Sequence record: SRR20825006_112
Direction: 5' to 3' (one strand)
Length of the DNA: 53,393 nt
This document shows, one piece after another, positions 51,385-53,393 of the stretch (positions are counted from its first letter, which is position 1; each line of letters begins with the position of its first letter). Made by a program: the position numbers and the translations under genes. Below the pieces are notes generated by a model. That model ran no database searches and was not told the DNA's origin. It saw only the letters and a list, made by a program, of their open reading frames with translations.

Positions 51385-52746
51385 TCAACGGAAACGCAGC
51401 ACATTGTCGATGGCAGAATCATTGCGGCAGTTCGGGCAGCGGTTGGCGTTGCAATCAGACACCCCGGGCTTGAACTGATTGGGCACTTCCACACGGATCA
51501 CCCGCTTGCCACAAGGTGTCTCATCGGCCCCCACGGGAACCTGGCAGGTGGGGCTTTCATAGTGCGCCAACCAGGCGCGGTAATGGTCTTCGGTGACCAG
51601 ACATTTGCGGGCAGCAAAGGCAATGGGGTTTTCCATGTAGCTGGCCACCTGGTCCGCCGCGATGGAGATATGCCCCGCGCCAGGATGAAAAGCGATAAAG
51701 CTCAACCCCAGCTCTTCCAGCTTCTCCAGGGTCTTCTGCGCCCCGCTATTGGCGTCTTTTGCTTTATTGCGTTTCTGTTCAGCGATTTCTTCACGGAGCT
51801 GGCCAATCAGGTCATCCCGGGTAAGCACATCCATTTCCAGCGCATGTAACTGCTCCGACATCTTCGCCCGCTCTTCCTCGAGTCTCTGCTCCAATGCCAG
51901 CTTGTACTGCTCCGTCAGCACCTCCATCTCGCTTCCCTGGTGCTCACTGCGGCGACTCTGCTCTTCCAGACTCTGATTCAGGGATAGCAGCTGCCCTTTC
52001 AGGGATTCATTCTGCTCCCGCAAGGCACCATTCTGGGATTTGATCGCCTTGAACTGCCCCATCACCTTTTCCAGCTGGGCATTGAGGATTTCTTCTTTCT
52101 GCTGGGCCGCGTACCTCACCTTGGCAGCGTCTTCAGACTGGGTGTTCTCAAGGGTCTGCACCCGCAGGCGCAGCTCCTTGATAATGCGCGCCAGGCGCAC
52201 ACGCTCCTGGTCGGCTTTCTTTTGTGACTCATCCGTTTCCGGCGCAATCGTTGGCGCCGATGTGCCCACCACAGGCGGAGGAGCGACATCCATCTCATCA
52301 TCCATTTCCAGCCCCATCTTCGGGCCTCGCTCACGAATGGAATCACGGATGGCAATAAAATCGTTGGCACCGGGCTTCATTCCCGGATCCCACATCTGGT
52401 CCTGATGCCAGGCCACCGGGCACTGGCTGCGGCAGGCAAGACGAACCGGCCCCGCCCCCATATCCGGCCCCTGACCCGCATGCTCCGCAAGGTGACGCAA
52501 TGGCACATTCCAGGTGGTATCAGCCATTCCGTCTTCATCAAAATCAATGGTAAACAGCACCAGGGAGCGCACTCGCAACTGGCCGTTAACCAGGCAGTAC
52601 GCCCCCCGCACCTCTTTGTCCGCAAACTCAGGCACCCCGACCATTCCATCGAGAATGGCTTCGAAATCTGCGTAGAGCATGCTTTTGGAAATACCCCGAT
52701 GATCAAAAAATAGAATCGCTTCCGAGGTAACAGAGGATGCAGCCAT
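51385..52746 (-). CDS. Conserved hypothetical coiled-coil protein with Cys-rich terminal domains
   Basis: N-terminal MLYADFEAILDG, WNVPL, LACRSQC..WH; long coiled coil; C-terminal FHPGAGH, YRAWLAHY..P.C and CxxC motifs. No Walker A motif. Confidence 0.75.
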   Translation of the reverse strand: MAASSVTSEAILFFDHRGISKSMLYADFEAILDGMVGVPEFADKEVRGAYCLVNGQLRVRSLVLFTIDFDEDGMADTTWNVPLRHLAEHAGQGPDMGAGPVRLACRSQCPVAWHQDQMWDPGMKPGANDFIAIRDSIRERGPKMGLEMDDEMDVAPPPVVGTSAPTIAPETDESQKKADQERVRLARIIKELRLRVQTLENTQSEDAAKVRYAAQQKEEILNAQLEKVMGQFKAIKSQNGALREQNESLKGQLLSLNQSLEEQSRRSEHQGSEMEVLTEQYKLALEQRLEEERAKMSEQLHALEMDVLTRDDLIGQLREEIAEQKRNKAKDANSGAQKTLEKLEELGLSFIAFHPGAGHISIAADQVASYMENPIAFAARKCLVTEDHYRAWLAHYESPTCQVPVGADETPCGKRVIRVEVPNQFKPGVSDCNANRCPNCRNDSAIDNVLRFR

Positions 52747-53037
52747 GGTGCCGGTCCTTCCCTTGAAATTATTTTATAGGTGGCCGCCGCAGGCAGATGC
52801 GTCGCACATCGCGTCACTCCCAAAAGTGACACCCACAGTCGCGGCGCTGCCAATTATAGTCAGGCCTTATGGAAAGAGTGTGACCTGAAAGGCAGTTAAA
52901 CAAAAGTCACGCCAATAGCTTGCGTCAGACGACGCCATCAGAACAGTACCGGAGTCACGTTGCGGCAGAAAAAGCAGGCAGAAATGAGGCGGGACGGAGG
53001 GAGGGGTAACCAAAGAGGGGCAGAGAACAGCGAAGGA

Positions 53038-53142
53038 TTACAACTCCTCGCCGTCATCTGCCCAATCATCATCTTCCAGCCACTCTTCCAGGCTTTCCAT
53101 CAACAGCTTTTCTTCCAGGCGCTCTTCCAGATAATCATCCAT
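53038..53142 (-). CDS. Putative 34-aa highly acidic small protein (not in the ORF track)
   Basis: ATG 53142 preceded by AGAAGGA; translates to MDDYLEERLEEKLLMESLEEWLEDDDWADDGEEL; TAA at 53038-53040. Confidence 0.55.
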   Translation of the reverse strand: MDDYLEERLEEKLLMESLEEWLEDDDWADDGEEL

Positions 53143-53220
53143 TGTCTTTTTCCTTCTATGGTTTCACATGTCGTCCGTGAAATTAGACAGATAGAAAGTG
53201 ACAAGTTCATGAAATAGACG

Positions 53221-53309
53221 CTGCACGCTTCACGCGGCAGGCAACACGGAAAAGCAAAGACGAAAAACAGCAAGTTACAGGCATGCAGCGTGTTGCGTGG
53301 AGCTTGCAG
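53221..53309. repeat. Inverted pair of heptamer-repeat arrays
   Basis: ctgcacg-cttcacg-cggcagg-caacacg, a 33-nt A-rich spacer, then catgcag-cgtgttg-cgtggag-cttgcag. Confidence 0.65.
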
Positions 53310-53324
53310 CATTTTTTTACATAC

Positions 53325-53353
53325 AAAAAAGGCCCTCCCGAAGGAGAGCCTTT
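53325..53353 (-). terminator. Intrinsic terminator of the tRNA transcript
   Basis: Minus strand AGGCTCTCC-TTCG-GGAGGGCC followed by T6. Confidence 0.85.
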
Positions 53354-53365
53354 CTTGCTGAATAG

Positions 53366-53393
53366 TGGCGGAGCGGACGGGACTCGAACCCGC
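53366..53393 (-). tRNA. tRNA 3' portion, most likely tRNA-Asp (truncated by the window end)
   Basis: Minus strand GCGGGTTCGAGTCCCGTCCGCTCCGCCA: T-arm, acceptor 3' strand and CCA, nearly identical to the gammaproteobacterial tRNA-Asp(GTC) 3' end. The anticodon is outside the window. Confidence 0.88.

Noticed and set aside
52960-53312. ORF-track entries 52960-53217 (+) and 53100-53312 (-)
   Set aside because: No clear RBS or coding character, and the second runs through the heptamer repeats; the 34-aa acidic frame has the better RBS and codon usage.
52747-53393. Possible tRNA-anchored genomic island or prophage
   Set aside because: No integrase, phage genes or duplicated tRNA 3' end seen; the tRNA is followed directly by its terminator and core-type genes.

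Overview
A chromosomal core-genome segment from a GC-rich marine gammaproteobacterium, most likely Alcanivorax or a relative (inferred from gene content and order). The backbone resembles the Pseudomonas mfd-csiV...MTI phosphorylase-nagZ-psrA...topA-usp...rlmKL-rmf-pyrD...RND-YCF48-DUF1329-DUF1302-pepN-yeaC-nadK region and ends inside a tRNA-Asp gene. I found no prophage, integrase, transposase, CRISPR array or recognisable defence system. The most interesting accessory content is: (1) a lipoprotein copper-radical oxidase (galactose/glyoxal oxidase-like, all Cu/radical ligands present) coupled to an uncharacterised two-repeat secreted protein whose mature chain would start with His, a candidate oxidase plus copper-chaperone system; (2) a LuxR-HTH regulator fused to an alpha/beta-hydrolase domain that has lost its catalytic Ser and His, a candidate pseudo-enzyme receptor; (3) two envelope modules built from a beta-barrel and a LolA-like carrier, one with an RND/MMPL pump and one orphan, near a lipoprotein lipase; (4) a 150-bp nested inverted-repeat element and a dispersed family of intergenic heptamer repeats; (5) a 34-aa, 50% acidic small ORF beside the tRNA, absent from the ORF track. 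All family calls come from motif recognition by eye; no database searches were run.
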